From Christensenella sp. UBA7571 (GTDB taxonomy: Bacteria; Bacillota; Clostridia; Christensenellales; CAG-917): DNA of 64,000 nucleotides. The stretch is taken from the NCBI GenBank assembly GCA_002476605.1, contig DLLD01000001.1, positions 17,449-81,448 of the forward strand, in the 5' to 3' direction. Below the pieces are notes generated by a model that saw nothing but the letters and a program-made list of their open reading frames with translations, was not told where the DNA came from and did not search any database. Both the position numbers and the translations under genes were made by a program. Numbering within the stretch: position 1 is the first letter of the stretch; each line of letters starts with the position of its first letter. Below, one piece after another: positions 47,845 to 56,447 of the stretch.

Positions 47845-48327
47845 CTAAAACCTTACGTACGGTTGTACTTTCGTTAAAATTTTTCTTGTTAAAACTATAT
47901 TTTGGGGCTTTTTGCCCTCGGTTTTCAAAGTGATATTTTCGCTGTCGTACGCCACGAGAACGCCGTGAGTTTTGTTCTTCGCACCGTCGAAACACTCGAT
48001 TTCGGTGTCAAGCGCGCGCCTATAATCGTCGTCGGACACGATTTTTCTGTCAAGTCCCGACGATGACACGTTCAAGACGTAATCGTCTGCAAAATCGTCC
48101 TCGATAGTGTCGAGCATACCCGAAAGCACGTTGTGCACCGCTTCGCAATCATTGAGAGATATACCCTCTTTTTTCCACAAAAACGCTTCGACGTTGAGTT
48201 TGCCGTATTGCTTGTAGAAACTCACGTCCACGAGCTCCACGCCATTGAAGTTTTGCATGGCTTTTTGCGCCATATCGCGCACTTCGTTTTCGACTTTTTC
48301 GGAAATCAATTTTTTTTCGTCGCTCAT
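47845..48327 (-). CDS. rimP: ribosome maturation factor RimP
   Basis: 160 aa. Conserved position upstream of nusA and a typical LDR motif (SSSGLDRKI). Confidence 0.88.
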   Translation of the reverse strand: MSDEKKLISEKVENEVRDMAQKAMQNFNGVELVDVSFYKQYGKLNVEAFLWKKEGISLNDCEAVHNVLSGMLDTIEDDFADDYVLNVSSSGLDRKIVSDDDYRRALDTEIECFDGAKNKTHGVLVAYDSENITLKTEGKKPQNIVLTRKILTKVQPYVRF

Positions 48328-48338
48328 ATCAGCCTCTT

Positions 48339-48369
48339 ACAAAACAAAGAGTGAGCCGGCGCTCACTCT
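48339..48369 (-). terminator. intrinsic terminator/attenuator in the rimP-nusA leader
   Basis: On the minus strand: agagtgagc-gccg-gctcactct (48369-48348) followed by uuguuuugu, then RBS aagagg and the rimP ATG. Confidence 0.55.
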
Positions 48370-48464
48370 ATAATGTTTTATTATAGTATCTAAAATATAT
48401 CATATATACGATAACATTGCAAGCGTTTTTCAAAAATAGGTGCAATATTATCGATTTTTCTTCC

Positions 48465-50054
48465 TTACATTCTTTGCGCGATGATTTTAAGTGCGCCCGC
48501 CGTTGCAAAAACGTCGCTCATAGCGCGGTGTGCGTTCTCGTGCGAAATGCCGTACGCTTTGGATATGGTTTCAAGTTTGCAGTTGGGAAGCTCGGTAAGA
48601 TATCTTCTTGCAAGCAACAGCGTATCGACGAGCTCGTTGTCAAAATGATATCCGGATTTTTCCGCAATTCTGCTCAATATCGGATAATCGTACCCCGCGA
48701 TATTGTGTCCGCAAAGTATCGTTCCGTGCGCAAACTTGAAAAAGTCGGGAATTACGCTTTCCACGCTCGGTGCGTCAAGAACCATTGCATTGGATATATG
48801 CGTAAGCTCGGTAATAACGGGTGAAATCGTAGCAATGGGCTTGATAAGCGTTTGGAAGGTTTCCGTTTCCACGCCGTCAACGATTTTGAGTGCGGCAAGT
48901 TCGATAATCTCCGCCAAATCAGTCTTCAAATCCGTCGTTTCGAGGTCGAACACCACGAATGTTTTACCCTTGAAGTACGGATTGATTTCTTCCACTTTTC
49001 CGACGTCTAATAGGCTCTTTTGCGTAGTATCGACGTACGGTTCGGGTTTAATCGTCACGTATTTGTCGGGCACGGGCTTTACGGAAGTGAGATGAATACT
49101 GTCAAAGTTGATATCAGCCTCGAATATCGCGTTCACGGTAAAAGACCACGCTCCCGCGTATTGCGACCAACTCACTTTTCCCATACAAACGACCGTCGAT
49201 TGATCTTTGAGCGCAAGTATTTTGTCCACTTCCTCGTCTTTGCTTGCAAAGCACACGCTGTCTATTCTTGCCGTGGTATCGTCGAGCACAAATTTAACGA
49301 ACGGAAGCATCTCGGGACCCGTCTTCGCGTCGTCGGGATTATAACGCTTGTTTTTGTACGTTTTCTTCTCTATTTGCGAGATTTTTCCGCACAAAACGAT
49401 GTTGTCGCACGCGCCTTTTACGTCGATTATATAGTTTGGCATTTGCGAAATTCCGTCGATTTTGCCTCTGGAATACACTTTTGCGCCCGTTCTCGTCTCG
49501 ACGAGTCTCATAGACGGGTCGACTTTCACCGTCGTGTCGATATGTATATCCTCTATTGCCTCCTCTTTTTTGAGCACGTCCTCTTCCGTGACGATATCGA
49601 TATGTTGATTGAACGAGCAATCGAGACAATCGTACAATCTATCGAGCAAATCCCCCGCCATAAGCATTTTATAAGTAGGCGTATCGAAGGTCAATTTGAC
49701 ATCGATATCGTTGTCCCCCACCTCTATATTGAGCGTTTCGTCATTGATTCGTCTGAAAATCATTTGATTGGTGCGATTAAAGAACTCCAACACCTTGTTT
49801 TTGACGACGTTGGCGTCCGCGTACGTGCGGATATATTGCACGCTTATCGTTATTCCCGAAAACATCTCTTCGATTATGCTTTGCACCTTCTTTTTGCTAT
49901 CCTCGTCGAATGCGCGCACTTCGAATGCGGAAATAATAAACTTAACGACCAACTCTCTTTGTTGTTTGTAGTAAGTTGCGGAATTCAATTTGAGCATAGG
50001 AAACTCACCTTTGCTCTTTATCGTAAATTCTTCAAAAAACTTCGTTGTCATCAA
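48465..50054 (-). CDS. PolC-like N-terminal/OB-fold/DEDDh 3'-5' exonuclease protein without PHP or polymerase domains
   Basis: Exo motifs FVVFDLETTDL, CGHNIAGYDYPIL and HRAMSDVFATA. An upstream OB-like segment (IVLCGKISQIEKKTYKNKR...VVCMGKVSW) and N-terminal domain are arranged as in PolC. The gene occupies the ispG-[polC]-rimP slot. Confidence 0.75.
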   Translation of the reverse strand: MMTTKFFEEFTIKSKGEFPMLKLNSATYYKQQRELVVKFIISAFEVRAFDEDSKKKVQSIIEEMFSGITISVQYIRTYADANVVKNKVLEFFNRTNQMIFRRINDETLNIEVGDNDIDVKLTFDTPTYKMLMAGDLLDRLYDCLDCSFNQHIDIVTEEDVLKKEEAIEDIHIDTTVKVDPSMRLVETRTGAKVYSRGKIDGISQMPNYIIDVKGACDNIVLCGKISQIEKKTYKNKRYNPDDAKTGPEMLPFVKFVLDDTTARIDSVCFASKDEEVDKILALKDQSTVVCMGKVSWSQYAGAWSFTVNAIFEADINFDSIHLTSVKPVPDKYVTIKPEPYVDTTQKSLLDVGKVEEINPYFKGKTFVVFDLETTDLKTDLAEIIELAALKIVDGVETETFQTLIKPIATISPVITELTHISNAMVLDAPSVESVIPDFFKFAHGTILCGHNIAGYDYPILSRIAEKSGYHFDNELVDTLLLARRYLTELPNCKLETISKAYGISHENAHRAMSDVFATAGALKIIAQRM

Positions 50055-50103
50055 AAACCTCTTATCTTTTGCCGTTAGATTGTAAAAGTATTACAATATT
50101 TTG

Positions 50104-51168
50104 TCATTTTGATAATACTTCTTGCAATAATTTGTCAAATTCTGTCATTAAATCGGCACTATTCACCGTTTTGAGAATTTTGCCGTCTTTGAGTATGACG
50201 GACTTTTCTTTTCCGCCCGCTATGCCCAAATCGCTGTTTTCACCCTCACCTATTCCGTTGAGCGGGCAACCGAGAATTGAAATCGTCAGCGGTTTTTCAA
50301 TACCCGCGCACATCATTTCGACCTTGTTTGCAAGTCCTTCAACATCGATTTCCGTACGCGCGCAAGTGGGACAAGACACCACCTCGACGGCATTTTTGCG
50401 TATTCCGAGTGTTTGCAAAATCTTCTTGCCCGCAAGCACTTCTTCTCTTACGTCAGCCGAGAGCGACACTCTTATCGTATCGCCTATGCCTTCTTGAAGC
50501 AAAGTTCCTATGCCTATTGCGGATTTAATAAGACCGGTGCGAAGCGTTCCCGCCTCCGTCACGCCGATATGCAAGGGATAATCACACTCTTTTGCAAGCA
50601 ATCTGTTTGCTTCGACGTTTACTTGCGTATTTGACGCCTTGATTGCAATCACGATATCGCGCATACCTTGACTTTCAAAGACGTTTGCGCACTCCAACGC
50701 GCTTTCGCAAAGTGCGCGCGCTTCATCTATACCCTTAAACTTTGGATCGAGAGATCCGCCGTTTACACCCACGCGCACGGGAACGTGCATATCGATAAGC
50801 CTTTGCGCAAGCGGTTTAATCTCCGAAAAATCGCGCATATTGCCGGGGTTCATTCTAATTTTCTTTGCCCCGTTATCGAGCGCGAGATGCGCAAGTTTAT
50901 AATTGTAATGTATGTCTGCAATAAGCGGAAGCCCGCATCTTTTTGCAATCTCACCGAATGCGTACGCCGATTGCTCGTCGGGCACTGCAAGTCGTATAAG
51001 GTCGCAACCGACCTTTTTAAGTTCATCGATTTGTTTGAGCGAGCCTTCGACGTCAATCGTTTTGGTGTTGAGCATCGACTGCACCGTAATAGGCGCGTCA
51101 CCGCCAATCGCTACGTCACCGACAAAAATTTTTCTCGTTTTTCTTCTTTCTATCATCGTTTTATCCAT
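50104..51168 (-). CDS. ispG: 4-hydroxy-3-methylbut-2-en-1-yl diphosphate synthase
   Basis: TIM-barrel N-terminus (VQSMLNT) and Fe-S cysteines VSCPTCARTEIDV ... GCPLNGIGE. Confidence 0.94.
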   Translation of the reverse strand: MDKTMIERRKTRKIFVGDVAIGGDAPITVQSMLNTKTIDVEGSLKQIDELKKVGCDLIRLAVPDEQSAYAFGEIAKRCGLPLIADIHYNYKLAHLALDNGAKKIRMNPGNMRDFSEIKPLAQRLIDMHVPVRVGVNGGSLDPKFKGIDEARALCESALECANVFESQGMRDIVIAIKASNTQVNVEANRLLAKECDYPLHIGVTEAGTLRTGLIKSAIGIGTLLQEGIGDTIRVSLSADVREEVLAGKKILQTLGIRKNAVEVVSCPTCARTEIDVEGLANKVEMMCAGIEKPLTISILGCPLNGIGEGENSDLGIAGGKEKSVILKDGKILKTVNSADLMTEFDKLLQEVLSK

Positions 51169-51232
51169 ATCTCACAATGCGATTAACCGCATTAGATTAT
51201 CGTTTTTGTTAAACAAGCAATACTTTTTCCGC

Positions 51233-52528
51233 TTATCCTTTTACGAGGTGAAATATATCGAGGAACACCGCAAGCACGATTAGCAGCACAAGTCCCACCG
51301 TGTGAATAACCGCCTCGACTTTGCGCGGTACGGGCTTTTTGAATATCATCTCTATAAGTGTAAAGAGCATACGGCTTCCGTCAAGTGCGGGGAAAGGCAA
51401 CAAGTTCATAACCGCAAGGTTTGCCGATATGATTGCAACCACGTACAAGAAACTGTCAAATCCGAGTGCACTCACCTTTGCCATCATACCGATGGTGGTA
51501 ATAGTTCCGCCCGCCGTTTCTATGCCCGCTTTACCCGTTATAAGCGCACCGAGCGACGCCAAAATCTTGAACACGATAAAGAAGCTAAATCCCCACGCTC
51601 TGCCGAATGCAAGGAAGAACGGGAGTTTCACTCTTGCAAGAGCTCTCGTAAATCCGAAGCCGTGACTGTAAAAGCCGTTTTCACCTTGGAGTACGAGCAT
51701 AGTAGTTTGCTCGCAAATCTCACCGTTTTCATCGTATCTTACGACGACGAGCGTCAATTGACCGTCGATGTCGACATTTTCCGCCAATTGTTGATAGGGA
51801 TACGGCGTTTCAACCTTTTCACCGTTTACGGCGTATATCATATCACCGTCTTCAAACGGGAAATAATCAAACTTATTTGCGGTAATTTTCACCTTTTTGC
51901 CGTTGCGGAAAACGGTAAACTGCGCACTTTCTCCAAGTCCCGAAAAAGCGTTGTCGAGGTCTTCTTGAAGCATAATATTCACTTGCTTTCCGTTGATTGC
52001 AAGTATTGCGTCCCCGTCCTCGAATACGTTTTGATAACTCGACGTAGAGACAGTTTGCACGACGCTCGGCAAAATTTGTCCGTACGCCGTGAAATATATC
52101 GTGATGATGACGATTGCGCTCAAAAAGTTCATAAACGCGCCCGAAAACAGCACTATAAGGCGTTTCCAAGGCTTTTGATTGTTGAACGCGTCGGGGTCTT
52201 TGACGACATTTCCCTTTGAATCTTTTACCGGATTGCCGTCGGTATCGAGCAACGCGCCGTCCGCGTCTTCACCGTGAAAAGCGCAAAATCCGCCGATAGG
52301 AAAAGGACGCAACGAAAATACTTCGCCCGTCTTTTTGTTTTTGCGCTTGAAAATTGCAGGTCCGAAACCGATTGAAAACTCGTCGATTTTGAAACCGAGC
52401 AGTTTTCCCGCCGTATAATGTCCGAGTTCGTGCACGACGATCATTGCCATAAGCGCAAGAAGCGCGACTATGACGTAACCTATATACGTAAACACCTCGG
52501 CGGCTGTAACTGCAATAATACCCGACAC
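51233..52528 (-). CDS. rseP: RIP metalloprotease RseP
   Basis: HELGHY zinc motif, PDZ region and C-terminal NLLPFPALDGS. Confidence 0.92.
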   Translation of the reverse strand: MSGIIAVTAAEVFTYIGYVIVALLALMAMIVVHELGHYTAGKLLGFKIDEFSIGFGPAIFKRKNKKTGEVFSLRPFPIGGFCAFHGEDADGALLDTDGNPVKDSKGNVVKDPDAFNNQKPWKRLIVLFSGAFMNFLSAIVIITIYFTAYGQILPSVVQTVSTSSYQNVFEDGDAILAINGKQVNIMLQEDLDNAFSGLGESAQFTVFRNGKKVKITANKFDYFPFEDGDMIYAVNGEKVETPYPYQQLAENVDIDGQLTLVVVRYDENGEICEQTTMLVLQGENGFYSHGFGFTRALARVKLPFFLAFGRAWGFSFFIVFKILASLGALITGKAGIETAGGTITTIGMMAKVSALGFDSFLYVVAIISANLAVMNLLPFPALDGSRMLFTLIEMIFKKPVPRKVEAVIHTVGLVLLIVLAVFLDIFHLVKG

Positions 52529-52529
52529 C

Positions 52530-53681
52530 TTATTTGACTCCTATCATAGAATAAGTATATTTTCTTGCCTTCTCGTCTATGTCAATAATATCTTCAAGTT
52601 CCACGTCTCCGACCTTTTTGAACTTGTTCAAAACCTTTGCCAACGTGTTAGAGATATCGTGATATTTGATTTTGCCCTTCAAAAATTCCTCAACGAGCAC
52701 TTCGTCGCTTGCGGAAATTGCGATACACGCGCCCTCACCCGCTTCTGCGGCGTCCATTGCGATTTTTAGGCACGGAAAACGATCGAAATCGGGTGCGGAA
52801 AAGGTCAAAAGTCCTGTTTTTATCAAATCGAGAGGCGCAACCGAGTTGTTTGCGTGCTCGGGATAGAAAAGCGCGGTATCAATCGAAAGGCGCATATCGG
52901 GCGTTGACAACAACGCTTTCATTCCGCCGTCCGAGAACTCCACGAGCGAGTGGATAACGCTTTCTCTGTGCATAACCACTTTGACGTCCTTTGCTTTGAC
53001 GTCGAAAAGTCGCATCGCTTCGATAACTTCCAGTCCTTTATTGAACAAAGTTGCCGAGTCGATTGTGACCTTTTTTCCCATATTCCATACAGGGTGTTTG
53101 AGTGCGTCCTCTGCCTTGACTTTTGCAAGTTGGCTCGTCGGCAAATCGCGAAGCGCGCCACCGCTTGCCGTCAAAACGAGGCTTTTTACGTACTTTTTCT
53201 CCTCTCCGCGCAAGCACGCAAAGATTGCGGAATGTTCGGTATCGAGAGGCAAAATCTTACCGCCATACTTCTTTTCGAGCGCTTTGAGATGTCTACCGGC
53301 ACAAACAATCGTTTCTTTGTTTGCGATTGCAAGCGTTCCTCCGCGCTTCAACGTTGCGACTGCCGCCCAAAGTCCCGCAATGCCCGTGACCGCCAATACG
53401 ACGATATCCGACTCAATTGCTGCCAATTCTTCAAGCGAAGTAAGGCATTTTGAAGTTTTTTCGTCTTCGAGAAAGTCAAAAAGCGAACTTTGTACTTCAA
53501 CCGCGCCACTCGGAAAATAATAATGAGTGGGATTGAATTTTTCGATTTGCTCTCTCAAAAGAGCTTCGTTCGTATAAGCGGAAAGCCCGACGACCTTAAA
53601 TGCCTCGGGGTGTTGAGAAATGGTAGCAAGCACTTGTCTTCCGACAGAGCCCGTACTGCCTAAAATCGTTATAGTTTTCAT
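52530..53681 (-). CDS. dxr: 1-deoxy-D-xylulose-5-phosphate reductoisomerase
   Basis: MKTITILGSTGSVGRQ NADPH motif. The start is taken at that methionine. Confidence 0.93.
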   Translation of the reverse strand: MKTITILGSTGSVGRQVLATISQHPEAFKVVGLSAYTNEALLREQIEKFNPTHYYFPSGAVEVQSSLFDFLEDEKTSKCLTSLEELAAIESDIVVLAVTGIAGLWAAVATLKRGGTLAIANKETIVCAGRHLKALEKKYGGKILPLDTEHSAIFACLRGEEKKYVKSLVLTASGGALRDLPTSQLAKVKAEDALKHPVWNMGKKVTIDSATLFNKGLEVIEAMRLFDVKAKDVKVVMHRESVIHSLVEFSDGGMKALLSTPDMRLSIDTALFYPEHANNSVAPLDLIKTGLLTFSAPDFDRFPCLKIAMDAAEAGEGACIAISASDEVLVEEFLKGKIKYHDISNTLAKVLNKFKKVGDVELEDIIDIDEKARKYTYSMIGVK

Positions 53682-53789
53682 TTTATCCTTATAGACTTGC
53701 GTGCCACATAGGCGGAGATTTGAAGTCTTTTGCAAGTCCATATAAAAGCATTTTGCACCGCTTTGATTAAACGATTATGAAATAGTCAA

Positions 53790-54746
53790 TCAAAAACGAT
53801 ATATACACGAGAACGCAATAAGGAGTATGACAAGACAGTACATAACGCTGTCTATTCTGTCCATAAATCCACCGTGTCCCGGGAAAATCTTGCCGTAGTC
53901 CTTTATGCCGATTGCACGCTTGATACGCGACGCGGCGAGGTCTCCGAGTTCGCTTATAGCACCGCATACGAGACCGATTGCAAGATAAATGAGCGCGCTC
54001 TTCCATTGCCAACCGACCACGTCGTGCGCAATAAAGTAGGTATATCCGCACTTTTGGATAAAAACTGGATACTTATCGGCGCAAAGCTCGAACACCACCC
54101 AAAAGATGATTGCAAACACCATACCGCCGACGAGACCGCCGACACCGCCCGCTATCGTCTTTTTTGGGCTGATTTTAGGGCAAAGTTTCTTGCCTCCGAT
54201 CATCGAGCCAAACCAATATGCAAACGTATCGCTACCGAGAATGGGTACGAGAATTGCAAACAACACCGCAAAGAGCGCGCTGTATTTGTAGCTGATTACC
54301 CACGCCGTCATAAGGAAAAGCATCGGATATACGAGCACGAATACGTTGGCAAGCAAATCTTTAAGACCGCACGCGCCTTGCTCGTCTTTGAGAACTTCAC
54401 CGTTTTCAAGTGCGTTTTCAAAGTCTTTTTTGCTGTGTTTTGCTGGTTTGAACGTGAAAATCGTAAGCGCAAGCATACTGCTTACGAGAAGTACGATAAG
54501 CAAACCTTGCACGCCAATGCCCGCCGTATAAAAAACGGGATACGCCGTCACAAGCATAAAAACGATTGGTACGACGAACATCTTGTACCCTGCGTCCTTG
54601 AAGCACTTGTACATCTCGTACACTGCGCCCGCAAGGAATAGCAAAATGAGCATATCGATAAAAATCGGGCTTACGAAATATCCGCAAACCATAAAGCCTG
54701 CAACGAGCACCAAAAGCACGATTGCCGTGAGCGTTCTTTTCAACAT
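53790..54746 (-). CDS. cdsA: phosphatidate cytidylyltransferase
   Basis: C-terminal signature SRIKRAIGIKDYGKIFPGHGGFMDRIDS. Multi-TM protein. Confidence 0.92.
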   Translation of the reverse strand: MLKRTLTAIVLLVLVAGFMVCGYFVSPIFIDMLILLFLAGAVYEMYKCFKDAGYKMFVVPIVFMLVTAYPVFYTAGIGVQGLLIVLLVSSMLALTIFTFKPAKHSKKDFENALENGEVLKDEQGACGLKDLLANVFVLVYPMLFLMTAWVISYKYSALFAVLFAILVPILGSDTFAYWFGSMIGGKKLCPKISPKKTIAGGVGGLVGGMVFAIIFWVVFELCADKYPVFIQKCGYTYFIAHDVVGWQWKSALIYLAIGLVCGAISELGDLAASRIKRAIGIKDYGKIFPGHGGFMDRIDSVMYCLVILLIAFSCIYRF

Positions 54747-54756
54747 ACAAACCTCA

Positions 54757-54789
54757 TTTGCGCATTTTCAATGTTTTGCGCATTTTCAA
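54757..54789. repeat. tandem 15-nt perfect direct repeat just upstream of the cdsA start
   Basis: tttgcgcattttcaa occurs at 54757-54771 and again at 54775-54789 (offset 18 nt). Each unit carries the palindromic core TGCGCA. Confidence 0.8.
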
Positions 54790-54803
54790 ACGTCAAAAAA
54801 CGT

Positions 54804-54825
54804 GCAAAAAACCGCGGTTTTTTGC
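54804..54825 (-). terminator. perfect 22-nt palindrome / A-U-rich terminator-like hairpin after uppS
   Basis: gcaaaaaaccg|cggttttttgc. On the minus strand it is followed by acguuuuuug. Confidence 0.45.
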
Positions 54826-54847
54826 ATATTTTTTAACAAAAATTATG

Positions 54848-55501
54848 TCACTTTCCAAACTTGCGATTGCGACTTTCAAACTCGTCGATTATCTTGTCGA
54901 CGTCGTTTTCGTCCATATCCGGCCAAAGTTTATCGAGGAAAATCAGTTCCGCATAAGCACTTTCGTACAACATAAAGTTGGACAAACGCTTTTCTCCGCC
55001 CGTACGCACCACGGCGTCGAGAGGCGGTAAATGCGAGCTTGACAAATGACTTTCAAACGTGTCCTCAATAAATTCACCGTGATCGTACGCAACCTTTGCC
55101 GCGTGGATAATGTCCGCTCTACCGCCGTAATTGAACGCGATATTGAGCCACATACCCTTGTTGTCCGCGGTGTTTTCTTCCACCGTCTCGATAGACGATG
55201 CAAGTCCGTCGGGAAGCGACGCGATATCACCCATATAAGAGATTTTGTATTCACCGTCGTAGGTAAGATTGAACTTTTGCACGACTTTTGCGATTGCTTC
55301 TATCTCTTCTTCGGGACGACTATTGTTTTCCGTAGAAAACGCATAGACGGAAACCGCTTCCACTCCGCGCTCGCTACAACGTTTTGCCACCTTGTACAAG
55401 GCAACTAGACCGTAAGCGTAACCTTCGGCGCGGGGCATTGAGCGCTGTTGCGCCCACCTGCCGTTTCCGTCCATTATAAAACCAATATGTTTCGGTATCA
55501 T
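54848..55501 (-). CDS. uppS: isoprenyl transferase (undecaprenyl diphosphate synthase)
   Basis: HIGFIMDGNGRWA and a C-terminal RNRKFG-type tail (ESRNRKFGK). Confidence 0.94.
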   Translation of the reverse strand: MIPKHIGFIMDGNGRWAQQRSMPRAEGYAYGLVALYKVAKRCSERGVEAVSVYAFSTENNSRPEEEIEAIAKVVQKFNLTYDGEYKISYMGDIASLPDGLASSIETVEENTADNKGMWLNIAFNYGGRADIIHAAKVAYDHGEFIEDTFESHLSSSHLPPLDAVVRTGGEKRLSNFMLYESAYAELIFLDKLWPDMDENDVDKIIDEFESRNRKFGK

Positions 55502-56076
55502 TAGATTGAGAGAATCTCTTGTTCTTTCTCTTTGAAGAGTTTGTCGACTTCTTCCGTCTTCTTGGAAAGATTCTTGTCGATATCTTCCGTGAAATTTCTC
55601 AAATCGTCTTCCGTAATAGTGGAAGCTTTTTGGATCTTTTTGAGCTCGTCGATAGCGTCACGGCGTGCGTTACGCATAACGATTTTTGCCTCTTCAACAA
55701 GGTTTTTGGCTTCCTTGACGGTGGAACGTCTGCGCTCTTCGGTAAGTTCGGGGAAAACGAGACGGATAACTTGACCGTCGTTGTTGGGATTGATACCGAC
55801 GTTTGCTGCAAGAATTGCCTTCTCTATGCTTTTGAGTTGAGATTTATCCCAAGGTGCGATGACCAAAAGTCTTGCTTCGGGCACGGAAATATTTGCCATA
55901 TTGTTGATGGGCGTGGGCGTTCCGTAATAATCGGCGACGACTTTGTCGAGGATATGCGGGTTTGCTCTGCCAGCGCGAATACTGCGCAATTCCGAGATAT
56001 AATTATTCATAGTTTTGTCGATTTTGTCGTTCATATCTTCAAAAATCAAATCGACTTCTTCAATACCGTATGCCAT
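55501..56076 (-). CDS. frr: ribosome recycling factor
   Basis: LRSIRAGRANPHILD and EERRRSTVKEAK patterns. Confidence 0.94.
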   Translation of the reverse strand: MAYGIEEVDLIFEDMNDKIDKTMNNYISELRSIRAGRANPHILDKVVADYYGTPTPINNMANISVPEARLLVIAPWDKSQLKSIEKAILAANVGINPNNDGQVIRLVFPELTEERRRSTVKEAKNLVEEAKIVMRNARRDAIDELKKIQKASTITEDDLRNFTEDIDKNLSKKTEEVDKLFKEKEQEILSI

Positions 56077-56105
56077 AAATGACCTCCGAGTTTTAATATG
56101 TTAAT

Positions 56106-56134
56106 ATTATAACAAAAGTTATTATATAAATCAA
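56106..56134 (-). promoter_or_regulatory. frr promoter
   Basis: On the minus strand: TTGATT (56134-56129), 17 nt, TATAAT (56111-56106). RBS ggagg lies before the frr ATG. Confidence 0.5.
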
Positions 56135-56173
56135 TACAAAAAAATCTATATTTTAAGTTTTCAAATAAAGACA

Positions 56174-56445
56174 GTCGTAACTTCTCTTAATGCAACTTTC
56201 CCCCTTCCTCACGGTGTTTCCCCTATTCCGTTCCCCCCTCTGCACTTCGTTTGAGGGAACCCACGGAACTGCTCCGCAGGGGGCAACACTCGGCACGCGC
56301 ATAGATAGGGACATTTCCCTCATTATGCCACTGCGCTTTGTGCGCCAGCTACGCAACAACACGGCGCAGTCGCTTGTACTAACCGTCAAGCTTGGCGCTC
56401 GATGCGATCGGCGCCTTGCGCCTCCAACTCCGAATAAGTTACGGC
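56174..56445. ncRNA. unassigned GC-rich structured element (~270 nt), strand undetermined
   Basis: Closing helix cgtaactt (56176-56183) / aagttacg (56436-56443). Internal helices lie at 56299-56328, 56330-56336/56364-56370 and 56372-56376/56387-56391. GGCGC/GCGCC segments form mutually exclusive pairings (56394-98, 56410-15, 56418-22). No credible ORF. Confidence 0.45.
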
Positions 56446-56447
56446 AA

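Noticed and set aside
56196-56245. G-quadruplex potential of the minus-strand G-runs (GGGGGG, GGGG, GGGGG).
   Set aside because: Only three strong G-tracts lie in close range, and the loops are long. This cannot be supported without biophysical prediction or experiment. The feature is kept only as part of the structured-element description.
56290-56345. A cobalamin-riboswitch-like GCCACTG box and GGGAA segments on the plus strand of the pyrH-frr element.
   Set aside because: The remaining B12-riboswitch core (GGUGxAAxUCC, CCCGC-ACUG, AGYCMGGAGACCKGCC) is absent, and no cobalamin-related gene is nearby. The resemblance looks fortuitous.
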